The notes under the pieces were generated by a model. The model was not told where the DNA came from and did no database searches. It saw only the letters and a program-made list of their open reading frames with translations. A stretch of DNA of 64,000 nt from Eledone cirrhosa. Taxonomy: Eukaryota. The translations under genes and the position numbers were made by a program. Of the stretch, positions 35,101 to 47,159 are shown piece after piece; within the stretch, counting starts at the first letter, position 1; every line of letters starts with the position of its first letter. Where the stretch lies: assembly GCA_964016885.1 (NCBI GenBank), contig OZ024752.1, forward strand, positions 44,702,001 to 44,766,000, written 5' to 3'.

Positions 35101-38100
35101 AGGTTATTTCATAATTTCATAATTCAATAAAAAAGCAGTTACCTGAAATTCTTTCAGCATTATAGAAAGTGCTTTAGAAAATATTTTATCCAGCTTTTCT
35201 GTTAATTCATGACTGGTAGTCTACAAAAATAAATTAAAAAACAATCAAATATGTGGGGTTCCATAAAAAAAAAACAAAAACAAAACATTATTTAATGTCA
35301 CATGGATAGGGCGGTGGATTGGCAGTATCGGTAGAGGGTCGGACGCCATGCTTTCCAGCATAGTTACGTCCCTTTACGATCTGAGTTCAAATCCCGCCAA
35401 GGTTGACTTTGCCTTTCATCCTTACGGGGTCGATAAAATAAAGTACCAGTAATGCACTGGGTAATTTGCTGGCCTTGTGCCTAGAGTAGAAACAATTATT
35501 TAATGTCACATGTATATTCAGAATAAAATTTTAATTTTGCAATATTAATCATTAACTTCAGAAAACCATCTGACCACGTACTAACCATCTCACCATCTGA
35601 CCACGTACTAACCATCTCACCACCTGACCACGTACTAACCATCTCCCCATCTGACTACGTACTAACCATCTCACCACCTGACCACGTACTAACCAGGAAA
35701 CCACCTGACTACGTACTAACCATCTCACCATCTGACCACGTACTAACCATCTCACCATCTGACTACGTACTAACCATCTCCCCATCTGACTACGTACTAA
35801 CCATCTCACCACCTGACCACGTACTAACCAGGAAACCACCTGACCACGTACTAACCATCTCACCATCTGACCACGTACTAACCATCTCCCCATCTGACTA
35901 CGTACTAACCATCTCACCACCTGACCACGTACTAACCAGGAAACCACCTGACCACGTACTAACCATCTCACCATCTGACCACGTACTCACCATCTCACCA
36001 CCTGACCACGTACTAACCAGGAAACCACTAGACACATTTTATCCTAAACAGAATTCAAGAATGTTTTTGCAACTTTTTGATAATTTTCTATAAAAAGTTG
36101 ATGAAAGGAGGTGAGATATGACATTGAAGACAACCATAAATACCTCAGCAAACCCTGGTTCAATCACAGTCCATAATATAGTAATAGAATCCAAAAAGCC
36201 TTGAATTATATTCTTCTCCAAATGAAAGACACATTCAGTTCCCCAATCTTCTTCTAAATCACTAGATTTATCCTGGAAAGAGAGTAAACTTAAATTACCT
36301 TAAATCTCATACATTGTTATATATTCTACAACTATACTTGAATACAATAATTATAAGATTAACAATGCTATGGCTTATATAACATCTCTTTAGCAATCTT
36401 CATAATGAAACAAATAACATATTTCTTTTCTTAAGAAGTAAAGTTAACCATCTCCAGTTAAATCACCATTTAAACATCCAAATGAGCTCTGGAGACGGAC
36501 AGGACCTATTGGAAGGAGTATTTCAGGACTCCGCCCCCCCCCGTCTCTCTCAGGTATAATTGGGCGAAGAAGAATATGTCAAACATCAACTTGATTACAA
36601 AGATGTTATTTTACAAAATTCTTCCAAATTATTAAAATTATTTAAAAAAATTAATTGGAACATTTAAAATTTAATCGAATCATTATAAAATATAGAAGTG
36701 AAAGGATTAAATCGTTAACTTATTAAACATTGCTAATTATTAGAAATGTTTTTACCTTTGAAGTGCAACTTTGAAATGCAACTTACCTTTGAAGTTTCAC
36801 TGTCAATAATGGATTCATCAGCAGTCCGTTTCTTATCACGGATATAACGAAGTATACAGGAACACAGCAATATAATAAAAGAAACTAAAAATAAAATAAA
36901 ATATTTTCATAGTAGTTTTATAACATAATTCAACAGCGCCTTCGGTGCTGGGAAATACGGTAATTTAATGTCATCTTATTTTGGCTTTTCAAATGACTAA
37001 ATATAATAAAAACAACTCACCGACTTGCTCTAAAGTCATAAACTTTGGAGCATGTTGGAAGAATACACGTGATGCTGCTGGATTAGTTTCTAGTAGTGAG
37101 ATGACTCGGTTGATTTTAACTTCAACTGGTTTATCAAGAGGGAGATAATTATTAAATATAACCTTCATAATACGTCGAGCTACAGGCTGGGAGTCAGTAG
37201 CTAGTCTTATCAGCAAGTGTTCAACAGGTACAATAGACCAGTACTAACAAAAGAAAACAATTATAACCATTAATTAATAAATATATATATAAAGAATTGT
37301 TTTTAAAATATAAAAACTGGAAAGAAGTAGGTGGAGAAGTTAAAACAGCTTGAAATACAGCAATTTATCATAATAAACTGTACATAAGACTACGTATCAT
37401 ATTTCCTTTATTATAATAACCAATACATAAAGCTATGTATCATACTTTCTTCAAAGATTTTTTTCAAACAAGCATGTGTACAAAATCCTACTGTGTTAAA
37501 AATAATTAACTGTGGAGCAAATTATTCATTAAAGTATTACGAGATACAGTTTCACATTAAATATTGATTCACAATTGTTTCATCCTTATTGGGACTTATC
37601 GAAATCAATCATTTTATAAACAAATACCTCAACATATTGATCTCAGCACACAGACCAAGATGGAGGCTACACTACTTAAACATCATTATGAAGGAATGTG
37701 ATTAACTTTCAAACTTAGGACCAATAAAACTATAAATATAATTAATTTCTAGCCTAATTCTTCAACTGCAATAAATAAAATATACAAGTAAAAACTATAA
37801 TATTCATAAATCAAATGATTATGTAAAGAAGATGTAAGATGATAACAAGCAAAAACTCTCAGGTTACCTTAATTTTACGTAAACCTTTTACTTTTATAAG
37901 AAGGTTAACCATAGCAATGCGGACCCTCTCTGATGAGTCATGAAAGAGATTCTGGAGCTCAGGAAGAATAGGATGTAGAATCAAATGACAGTAATGGCAA
38001 TTAAAGAGAAGAACGATGCCCTGTAAATAAATAAAATGGTAATTAAAAAGAGTAAGACCCTTCAGTGACCAATAAAACCATAATGGAATATTAAAAAAAA

Positions 38101-41100
38101 ATGTTCAACATATTTTGCAGAATTAACAAAAATACCAAAATAAATATTTTCATTCATCTTCATCATTATTCTTCAATATAATGGTAATTATCAATTCTTT
38201 ACTCAGAATTTAAGGGCCAAAAGACTGGCTTGAGGGAGGTTTTTTTTTCTCTGAAGACCTTCTGCTGCTCCACTGAGAGTTTCTTACCAATATGTATTAA
38301 AACTCTGACTTTACCCTCTTCTTTCAAAACTTGTACAGAGTTATCCATTTTACCAAATTATATAATTCCCTAGATATGTATTACAGTCAGAAACACCCTT
38401 CATACCTTTACAATAATAATTCCTAAGGTCATTGATACTAAAACTGTTCCATTAACCCTTTACCATTTACATTACTCTATATTTACTATCATATTTTTGT
38501 GTGGTAAAGACTTTACTTCACATAACATTTACATTACTCTATATATACTATTGTATTTTCGTGGTAAAGGCTTTATCTCACATAACATTTACATTACTCT
38601 ATATATACTATTGTATTTTCGTGGTAAAGGCTTTATCTCACATAACATTTACATTACTCTATATATACTATTGTATTTTCGTGGTAAAGGCTTTATCTCA
38701 CATAATGTCGAATCTATGAGATTTTGAAGTTATTTATTTTGAGAACAATACCTTAATGTCAGAATGAACGGCCAGTTACAACCAGTTTGAACAGAAAGAG
38801 GTGAGAGAATTCTGGCCAGATATGGAGAGTTTAAATACTGAAGGGTTAAAGCAGTGACTAAATTTCCATATAAGTAAAAGTACAAACATATCTTCTGATT
38901 GAAGAAGAAACATGTAATATTTACTTTTAAGACTGATTCTCGTACTTCAGCACAGCTACTGTCCCAAGCTAATTCTTCAATTAAAGTTGTAATATAAGAT
39001 CTGATTACTTCTTTTGGTATCATCTGCCAATAGGCAGATAAGATTTGACAAACACCCAAAATAGCACGACTTCGAATTGCTGGGCAGGGATCCATTAATA
39101 GAATCTGTGAGAAAGACAAAACAATAATCATAATCAGTTATGAGAGAAAATACTATTCAGATATATATAAATAAGATATCTAAAATTAATTTAATTAACA
39201 CAAAATCATCATAATTATCTCTGTATAACTTAGTTAACGATGTGTGATTAATTGTACTACTTAAAATTTTCTAATTTAAAAAAAAAAAAAAACATTTTAT
39301 ACTTGACAAAACTTACATCCAAAGCATTGAACTGATTCTGAAGTAGATCATTGTTAATTTGTACCCCACTTGTAGGATTCTGGATGGGAAACGCATCAAT
39401 AAGAAGATACAAGGAGTTGAGTCGAATCACAGAATTTGTTGCCTGAAGAGAGAGAAAAGAGAAGAGAAATTAGTTACTGATTTTTCCCCCCAAAACAAAA
39501 AAGAAAACCTAATAACTTTCAGACATTTACCTTTAAAGATCTCCATAAAAGTGGGCCATAGAGATGGTGCAACATTTCAGCAACTCCTTTCTGTTTTTTC
39601 TGCCTGTGTATGTAGGCTATAATCTAAAACATTAATCAAAACATTCATAAAGAAATTATCTTGACATTATTTCAAACAATAAGATAGCAATATTTTGATA
39701 CATGTCCATACTAAGAAGCTTCATTTCATATACTTTTGATGGATTAAAAATTGTTACCACTTAGAATTTAACTACTATTGACTCCAAAGCAGAGGTAGAC
39801 ATTGTATGTGGTGGGATAACACAGAAAATATACTGTTTGTGGTGGGATAACACAGAAGGTATACTGTATGTGGTGGGATAACACAGAAGGTATTCTGTTT
39901 GTGGTAGGCTAACACAGAAGGTATACTGTATATGGTGGGATAACATAGGCTAACATGGAAGGTGGACTGTATGTGGTAGGCTAACACAGGAATAGTTGGT
40001 AGTAAAAGCAAAAATGAAATAAATTTTTTCATTATTCGAGACTCAAGAGTAAAACTATTGAGAAAACCTACTTTAACAATGCCTGACTTTGTCTAAATAC
40101 TAAACTTCATGTTGAGACACCAACAGAAACCCAAGTGTCAATATATCAACAATGTATTTTCATTTATATACCTTTATGTTTTGGTGAATAAAGTTTTTCA
40201 AGTAAAGAGTGTTGGTATGTGTGAAACCCAAGCACAGTAACACTGAAATAACAGCAAACAATTTAGAAGAAAGAAGGGGACGCCAGTATACAAGAGATGA
40301 TATCATTGGCAGGAGTTTCTTATGGAAATAATGTCAATTATATCAAAAGGATTAAAGTTAAGATAAAACTTACTTTTCTCAAATCTTTCACTAACTGTAT
40401 ACCAGATGCATGAATAGCATTAGATAAGATGTCTTGAATGATTCCAATTTCAATTTTCTAAAAACAATGGTAAAAGTTTTACATGTCAATATCAATGGGA
40501 ATTTGATATGGAAAGAAAAAAGCAATTTATAGATATATTTCTTTTGAATGAAACAGTTTTAGTCCTGTAGAAGCCATTTCTATATTTAACTTGATGTTTA
40601 TACTTTACTAATGTATTGAGTATCTTAGTTACTGTGGTTACCCCCCAACTGAACCCAACACACACGCATACATATATATATATGAGAGGAAATAGAAATA
40701 TCTGTTTTATGTAGGCTAATTCATGTAAATATACATTGTGGGTTAGTCAATTATATAACAATCAGCTCTCAGGTAATTACATAACTGTATTGAAACATGG
40801 TAGAGACACTACTTGGCAATAAATCTTCCTTTGAATTTTAACAGATTTTGCCTAGTTTTTCCTTATACCCTATTCCCTTTATATTTACACACACACACAT
40901 TCTAGTGTGGAAGATGGACATTAAATGACACACATGGTTCAACTTCGCTGAAGCTAACAGGAATATATTAATAAACAACAACTAACCGGTTTCATTTCAT
41001 CAGTACTCATTTGCCAGGTACGGAAGTAAATCAGTCCATAATTTGGAATCAGATTTCTGTAAAAATATAAAATACAGACATAAATATACAAGAAGATATC

Positions 41101-44100
41101 TCTTCAAAATTTTACACAAGTATTCCGTACTCTCCTATAATTACTTTAGATTCCAGTTCCTTACTTTACACAACCTAAAGCCCCATATACCATCGGGTAA
41201 AGAGAGAGAACTGTTCATCATTAATAACAACACATACAACGAACAGGCTATCACCCAAAGCACCCAGTCTTTACTATAAAGTGGTTGTGTAGGTGTCATG
41301 ACAAAAGACACCCAGTCCACACTGTAAAGTGGTTGTGTTGGTGTCATGACAAAAGGCACCCAGTCCACACTGTAAAGTGGTTGTGTTGGTGTCATGACAA
41401 AAGGCACCCAGTCCACACTGTAAAGTGGTTGTGTAGGTGTCATGACAAAAGACACCCAGTCCACACTGTAAAGTGGTTGTGTTGGTGTCATGAGAAAAGA
41501 CACCCAGTCCACACTGTAAAGTAGTTGTGTAGGTGTCATGACAAAAGGCACCCAGTCCACACTGTAAAGTGGTTGTGTTGGTGTCATGAGAAAAGACACC
41601 CAGTCCACACTGTAAAGTAGTTGTGTTGGTGTCATGACAAAAGGCACCCAGTCCACACTGTAAAGTGGTTGTGTAGGTGTCATGACAAAAGACACCCAGT
41701 TCACACTGTAAAATGGTTGTGTTGGTGTCATGAGAAAAGACACCCAGTCCACACTGTAAAGTAGTTGTGTAGGTGTCATGACAAAAGGCACCCAGTCCAC
41801 ACTGTAAAGTGGTTGTGTTGGTGTCATGACAAAAGGCACCCAGTCCACACTGTAAAGTGGTTGTGTTGGTGTCATGACAAAAGGCACCCTCTCACCAAGC
41901 CACCCCAACCATTCACAGCACCCACCACCCATTTCACAAACACAATACATAAAAGCAGCTAACTCATCAGAGCTTTATAAGTTTTACACCCTTGATTCCT
42001 CCCTAACAGCTAAGCAGGTACCCAAAAGCATCACAGGTATCACACAACCAAAGTCTGCAACCCTAAGTTGTTCCAGTTATTCCAAACAGTTGCAGCAGAA
42101 CACAGAATATACAGCCTTATAACTAATAACAAGATATTTACCTAGGAACTGTAACCAATGTTTTCTTTATGAGTTCATGACAGCTTTTCATAAAATCAAA
42201 ATTCAATGGCAATATAGATCCTAGTACTCGCACTCCCTAGAAAGATAAAACAAAAACATAAATAATCTTCTGTACTTATCTGATAACATGTATATATTAC
42301 ATGGAGATAAAACCATGAAATAGATAAGGAAATGGATTGATCAACTTACATCTTGTTTTCTTAGAAATCGTGGACTCACAAAACTTTCAGAAATTAAATT
42401 TTTCAGATCTTGAGAAACAGAGTCATCGAAATTAATTAAAGGAAAAACATCACGGAACTGCCAAAGTCTCTTCATTGTTTTACACTAAAAATATATAAAA
42501 TAAAACGGTGAAATCTCTCTCTCTATATATATATATATATCCACATATGTGTTTAATCTAATTCCCACACCTTTCCTGTCCAACCCATACAGGTGTGGAA
42601 ATAACAGTTATGTATGATGATTAAGAAAAAAACAGATCATGAAATATATACTAGAAAACAGAAGCCAACTTACAGTAGATTTTCCATTCAGATTTATTTG
42701 AAATAAATACTGAAGTGTATTTTCATAAACAGCCTCTCGACCTGGCTTTTCCATTGCCCAAAACATTTCAAACAGTTCTGAGAAGTTGTTCTTCAAGTTA
42801 GCCACAGTGTCAGGCAATGGTAAAAGTAAATCTGAAAGTAAAAAAATAATAATAATTATAATCTTCTAAAATATAACCTTGTATGTAAAATTAGAATTAC
42901 TCCACCTAATTTAGTTGAGATACTAACACCCCTCCTCAGCTTGTCTGGGAGGTCAGTAGCCTCACTTCAGTAGTGACTTGGTCTATGTAGACTTGTCTAA
43001 CCCCTACTAGCAGGGAAAGTGGATGTTAAACGATGATGATCTGATAATTTATCAAAAAATTTATTGAACAAAAATTAGAATTTGTAGTCTTCAAAAAAGC
43101 TAATAAGCTTTAGAAAAAATTGGAACATTTACATTAGTTAACCCTTTAGCATTTACATTACTCTCTATATATACTATTGTATTTTCATGGTAAAGGGTTT
43201 ACCTCACATAATATCTCACATAACATTTACATTACAGAAAGAGGTGAGAGAATTCTGGCTGGATTAAGCCAGTTTAAATGAACATACACAAAAATAAAAT
43301 TTGTGCCAATTAAGAAACATTTCATTTAGGAATTTCTAGAAATTATATTTACCATGAAATAATATACACATTTCCAAAAGAGGAGGTGGTATCCCTAATT
43401 TGTCAGACATAACTGTAGCTGTTGCTAACACAGTTAAACAATCAAGAGATCGGAACACTTGCACCATTTCCTGTAAGAAAAAAATTATATATTAAAAATT
43501 TTAATAATTTAAAAAGCCATACAATGCATTAGAAAATTAAAGGTGCCAAGATAACAATAGAATCTTACCTTAGCAAATTTAATAATCCCAAATATTTTCA
43601 TGTTTAAAAACCCATTACCAAGTGAGTATCGCTGTGAAGGTCTTAAAGGATCGGTTGGAGATGAGTTGTTAGAAAAGTAGATTTAAGTTAAATATGTCTT
43701 TTTTTCATTACATTTAACTTAAATCTACCTTACCTACCAACTAATCTCCGATTGATCCTTTAAAACCTTCACAAGGATACTTCCTTGATAATGGCAAAGC
43801 TAACTTCGGCAGGCTTTGAACTCAGATTGTAAACGGTTGTAACCCTCTCACATAAAGCATGTTATCCGATGCTCTACCAATACTGCCAATCCATCACCCT
43901 TAACTAAATATTATTGCTCCAAGTACCCCCAACACTTTTTAAAATATTAAAATATATTGTATAAACTTACGTCCTGTGAGGAGTTATGACTTGATTCTAA
44001 ATTCAGCAGGAGAGTTGTGGCAATTTTAAGCAAATTTTGCCACAATTCTTCCAGTCCTTTACGGCTGTAACCGCTAAGGACTTCTTCCCAAACGTCATGA

Positions 44101-45822
44101 GAATTGCTTTTCTGTAAAAAGACACACAAAGAAAAAAATTATACATTTCATGACTTTGATTTATGTAAAAATTTACTTTAAAATTAAATGAAAAAACAAA
44201 ACAAAATCAATGTCGACTCTGATCGAGACGAAGCGAGAGTGTAATTGAATACATAAACATTGAGAAAACTCATCGCTAGGACCGTTAAAGCAGCTAAATG
44301 TTGTCAAAGACAGAGATAGGCAACAGAGAGACAATCTACAAGGTGGTCCCCCACCTTGTAGATTGTCTCTCTGGTGACTACTGCCTGTTTTAGCGATGAG
44401 CTATCTCATTTTTTTATATACAGGGTGGTCCGAAAGTCTTGTCACCCCTACATATTGTTTTAACTTTCATTATTTCTTACGGGGTCGATAAAATAAAGTA
44501 CCAGTAATGTACTGAGTATTTGCTGGCCTTGTGCCAAAAGTAGAAACAATTATTTTTGTTTTAATATAAAATATATCACTAATTATAATATATAATAATA
44601 ATATAATTTTCTTTTTGGTAGAGGGTGACAAGACTTTCGGACCACCCTGCACTTTAGAATATTTTTACAATAAATTAGCACAACAATGTAAATAGTAATC
44701 GAACCAAATTTATGTCTAAAATTCGTGATCACTAATTATCAATATTACCTAACATAGCTTGTAGTTTTAGAGAGGTTTCGCTATAGGTATATAAAATAAC
44801 GGAAACTTAGACATTGTCTTGCCTTATTTGGTGAGCAGCAATTACAGACTGTTGTCAACTGCATGAAATAATTATCTTATGTTGTTTATTATATATATAT
44901 ATATATACAGATGTTAATATATATACATACACCGATGTTAATATACATACACATATAGATGTTTACATACATACAACGATGTTAATATATATATACATAT
45001 ATACAACGATGTTAATATATATACATTGATGTTAATATATACATACATATATACAACGATGTTAATATACATACACATATAGATGTTTACATATATACAA
45101 AGATGTTAATATATATACATTGATGTTAATATATATATACAACGATGTTAATATATACATACATATATACAACGATGTTAATATACATACACATATAGAT
45201 GTTTACATATATACAACGATGTTAATATACATACACATATAGATGTTTACATATATACAACGATGTTAATATATATACATTGATGTTAATATATATATAC
45301 ATTGATGTTAATATATATATATACAACGTTGTTTATATATATACATTGATGTTAATATATATACATTGATGTTAATATATATATATATACAACGATGTTA
45401 ATATATATACATTGATGTTAATAAATGTATAACACTATTAATTATTAAAGATAATCTAAACACATTATAATATTTCAGATCCAGACTTTATCCTATTACA
45501 ATAATTGTTTACATTTGTCAAGAAGGAACAGTCGACATTCGTTTAAAAGGTTGACAGTAATATTTCATAACACCAGTGTTGACAAAGTCTTCTCATTGAA
45601 CAATATTGTCAAATATTATCATAAAAAGTTATTAATTTAAAGTATTTTAATTAATTTAAAACATTTTAAACACATCAAACACTCGTTTGTTATGAAAAGA
45701 AAAAAATAGGAAAGGTTTGTTATGTAGAGAAAACGTGTATTTACTGCCTGTATGATAAAAGAAACAAGTTGTACGGGGTCCTCCTTAGCTACAACAGCAG
45801 TTAATTCATTTCGTCTCACCAT
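26835..45822 (-). CDS. NCAPG2: Condensin-2 complex subunit G2 (HEAT-repeat protein), 28 coding exons, ~1155 aa
   Basis: Phase-consistent exons: 45745-45822, 43971-44111, 43353-43470, 42674-42831, 42350-42484, 42142-42236, 40987-41056, 40374-40457, 39531-39623, 39317-39442, 38925-39104, 37868-38020, 37021-37243, 36787-36884, 36144-36272, 35143-35220, 34884-34954, 34460-34637, 33618-33785, 33218-33334, 32523-32708, 32137-32236, 31383-31555, 30058-30201, 29602-29696 (acceptor could be 29711), 28495-28601, 27803-27902, 26835-26904. The peptides SRKGLEELWQNL, IYFRTW, GVAEMLHHLYGPLLWRSLKATNS, LLMDPCPAIRSRAILGVCQILSAYW, FHDSSERVRIA and VEHLLIRLATDSQPVARR match CAP-G2. The last few exons are less certain. 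Confidence 0.9.
30331..31115. repeat. 48-bp minisatellite (~16 copies) running into a SINE/RTE-tail repeat (to ~31277)
   Basis: Unit aagtggtcgtgatggtgacatgacagaaagcacccagtccacactgta. Confidence 0.92.
31704..31909. mobile_element. piggyBac-like MITE (TTAA flanks, TIR CCCTTTAGCATT); other copies at 6325-6525, 28316-28446, 38452-38849, 50138-50924, 51490-51777 and 61539-61754; fragments at ~3550-3670, 22833-23002, 43139-43280 and 63760-63885
   Basis: TTAA|CCCTTTAGCATT...AAAT(G/A)CTAAAGGG|TTAA with a conserved internal sequence. At 61539-61754, removing the element and one TTAA restores the LINE frame KLINDIM, confirming a TTAA duplication. Confidence 0.8.
32858..33060 (+). mobile_element. tRNA-derived SINE inserted into a TTAA-MITE fragment
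   Basis: Same head and core; MITE sequence is present on both sides (32822-32856 and 33061-33125). Confidence 0.7.
35305..35500 (+). mobile_element. Full-length tRNA-derived SINE with an 18-bp target-site duplication
   Basis: A-box-like TGGCAGTATCGG, B-box-like GAGTTCAAATCCC, core GCCTTTCATCCTTACGGGGTCGATAAAATAAAGTACCAGT and tail GTAGAAACAATTATT. The direct repeat attatttaatgtcacatg occurs at 35287-35304 and 35495-35512. Confidence 0.85.
35564..36028. repeat. 27-bp minisatellite (~17 copies) with higher-order variant periodicity
   Basis: Unit accatctgaccacgtactaaccatctc, with a recurring ccaggaa variant. Confidence 0.92.
38452..38849. mobile_element. piggyBac-like MITE with an internal 60-bp tandem expansion (~4 copies)
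   Basis: TTAA flanks; a 60-bp unit is repeated over ~38465-38705. Confidence 0.8.
39800..39990. repeat. ~31-bp degenerate minisatellite (~6 copies)
   Basis: Unit gtatactgtatgtggtgggataacacagaag. Confidence 0.8.
41257..41890. repeat. 48-bp minisatellite (~13 copies), same family as 30331-31115
   Basis: Unit aagtggttgtgttggtgtcatgacaaaaggcacccagtccacactgta. Confidence 0.92.
44421..44649. mobile_element. Tc1/mariner-type MITE carrying a nested SINE 3' fragment (~44477-44553)
   Basis: Perfect 27-bp TIRs cagggtggtccgaaagtcttgtcaccc / gggtgacaagactttcggaccaccctg, with TA on the left flank. Confidence 0.75.
44905..45422. repeat. Degenerate AT-rich minisatellite in NCAPG2 intron 1
   Basis: Recurrent gatgttaatatatatacat / acaacgatgtt units of variable length. 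Confidence 0.85.
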
Positions 45823-45960
45823 TCTCACAAGAAATTTTATGACAATTTGAGCGACTGGCTCCCAATTTCTTCTAGAAACAACGGAATATTGTGAAAAATT
45901 GTAAATGGCGCCAATATAAATCCAGTCTCGTTCATTTTGAAAATTCTCGTCGCGTCCAAC
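45823..45960 (-). promoter_or_regulatory. NCAPG2 5'UTR/core promoter with E2F-like and CHR-like motifs
   Basis: CpG-enriched patch upstream of the ATG, with the palindrome TGGCGCCA (45906-45913) and TTTGAA (45936-45941). Both motif types are typical of cell-cycle gene promoters. Confidence 0.45.
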
Positions 45961-46037
45961 GAGATCTTACAACCGGTGACAGTTGATAGTCTCTCCTACA
46001 TTTACACACCCACCTCCACTTTTAATTTCTTTATAAT

Positions 46038-46210
46038 AATTGTTTCTACTGTTGGCACAAGGCCAGCAAATATTCAGTGCATTACTGGTACTTTATTTTA
46101 TCGACCCCGTAAGGATGAAAGGCAAAGTTAACCTCGGCGGGATTTGAACTCAGAATGGCAAGGGCCGTAACTCTATACGTCAAAGCATGGCGTCCGACCC
46201 TCTACCGATC
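46038..46210 (-). mobile_element. tRNA-derived SINE just upstream of NCAPG2
   Basis: Reverse-complement match to the family. Confidence 0.8.
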
Positions 46211-46310
46211 TGTACTCTTTCATACCTCGAGTATCCATTTCCAAATATTAAAAAACCGTTATATATATATATATTGTAACACACACACACATATATATAT
46301 TTATATATAT

Positions 46311-46572
46311 ATAGGAACGAGTAGGACCCCGACGGCTGAGCTCAAGCCGTTTCGACGGCTAATTCTGGACTAATTTGAGTCCAGAATTAGCCGTCGAAAC
46401 GGCTTGAGCTCAGCCGTCGGGGTCCTACTCGTTCCTATTACCCACTCTACTATCCTAAGTAGTGAGTACTTTGGTGCGTTATGGTCCACCTGGTTCCTTA
46501 CCACATTTCCTCCGTTATAGTAGAGTGGGTAATAGGAACGAGTAGGACCTACTGGAGTCCTACTCGTTCCCA
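46311..46572. mobile_element. Penelope-like short element (family B), with a ~61-bp perfect inverted duplication
   Basis: Arms at ~46311-46371 and ~46378-46438 are exact reverse complements. Contains GAAA-CGGCT-tgagctc-AGCCG-TC and has (TA)n flanks. Confidence 0.55.
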
Positions 46573-46831
46573 TATATATATATATATATATTGTTATACT
46601 TTGGGAGGGTCATGCTGCCAATAAAAACATACGCACCAGTTTGTCTTCACTTTAATTTATTACGAATTTTCGGTTGGTTGTTTATTTATTGTCAAAGCTG
46701 TTTCGTCACACATTCTGTAACCTCCTCAGTTACTAAGATGGTGTAGAGCAGAACGAAGGAGAGACATAAAATAACAAATTAATCACTGAGGAGGTCACAT
46801 GTGTGACGAAAGAGCTTATTACTACACACAT

Positions 46832-46868
<37 letters not shown>

Positions 46869-46871
<3 letters not shown>

Positions 46872-46968
46872 GGTGTCCCAAAAAATATATACACACTTCA
46901 ACAGCATTCTAATAAATATTGCCTGTACAAGTAATCAAAGTATGTGTACATTTTTGGGGACACCCTGC
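46869..46968. mobile_element. Tc1/mariner-type MITE (~100 bp), same family as 1069-1166
   Basis: TIRs cagggtgtccc / gggacaccctg and the same internal sequence. Confidence 0.65.
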
Positions 46969-46993
46969 ATATATGTATGTGTGTATGTATTTA

Positions 46994-47035
<42 letters not shown>

Positions 47036-47159
47036 CTATTGAATAAAATGACAGGAAACCAGATTGTTGAAATTTCTTTAAAGTTTTATTTCTGCAGACA
47101 CTATATATATTTCAATGTCCAGTACAATCCCAGCGACATCATCAGGTGTATTGCATAAT

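Noticed and set aside
40170-40242. Exon-like segment with AG/GT boundaries in an NCAPG2 intron
   Set aside because: It has a stop in the required phase, and the neighbouring exons already join without a gap in homology.
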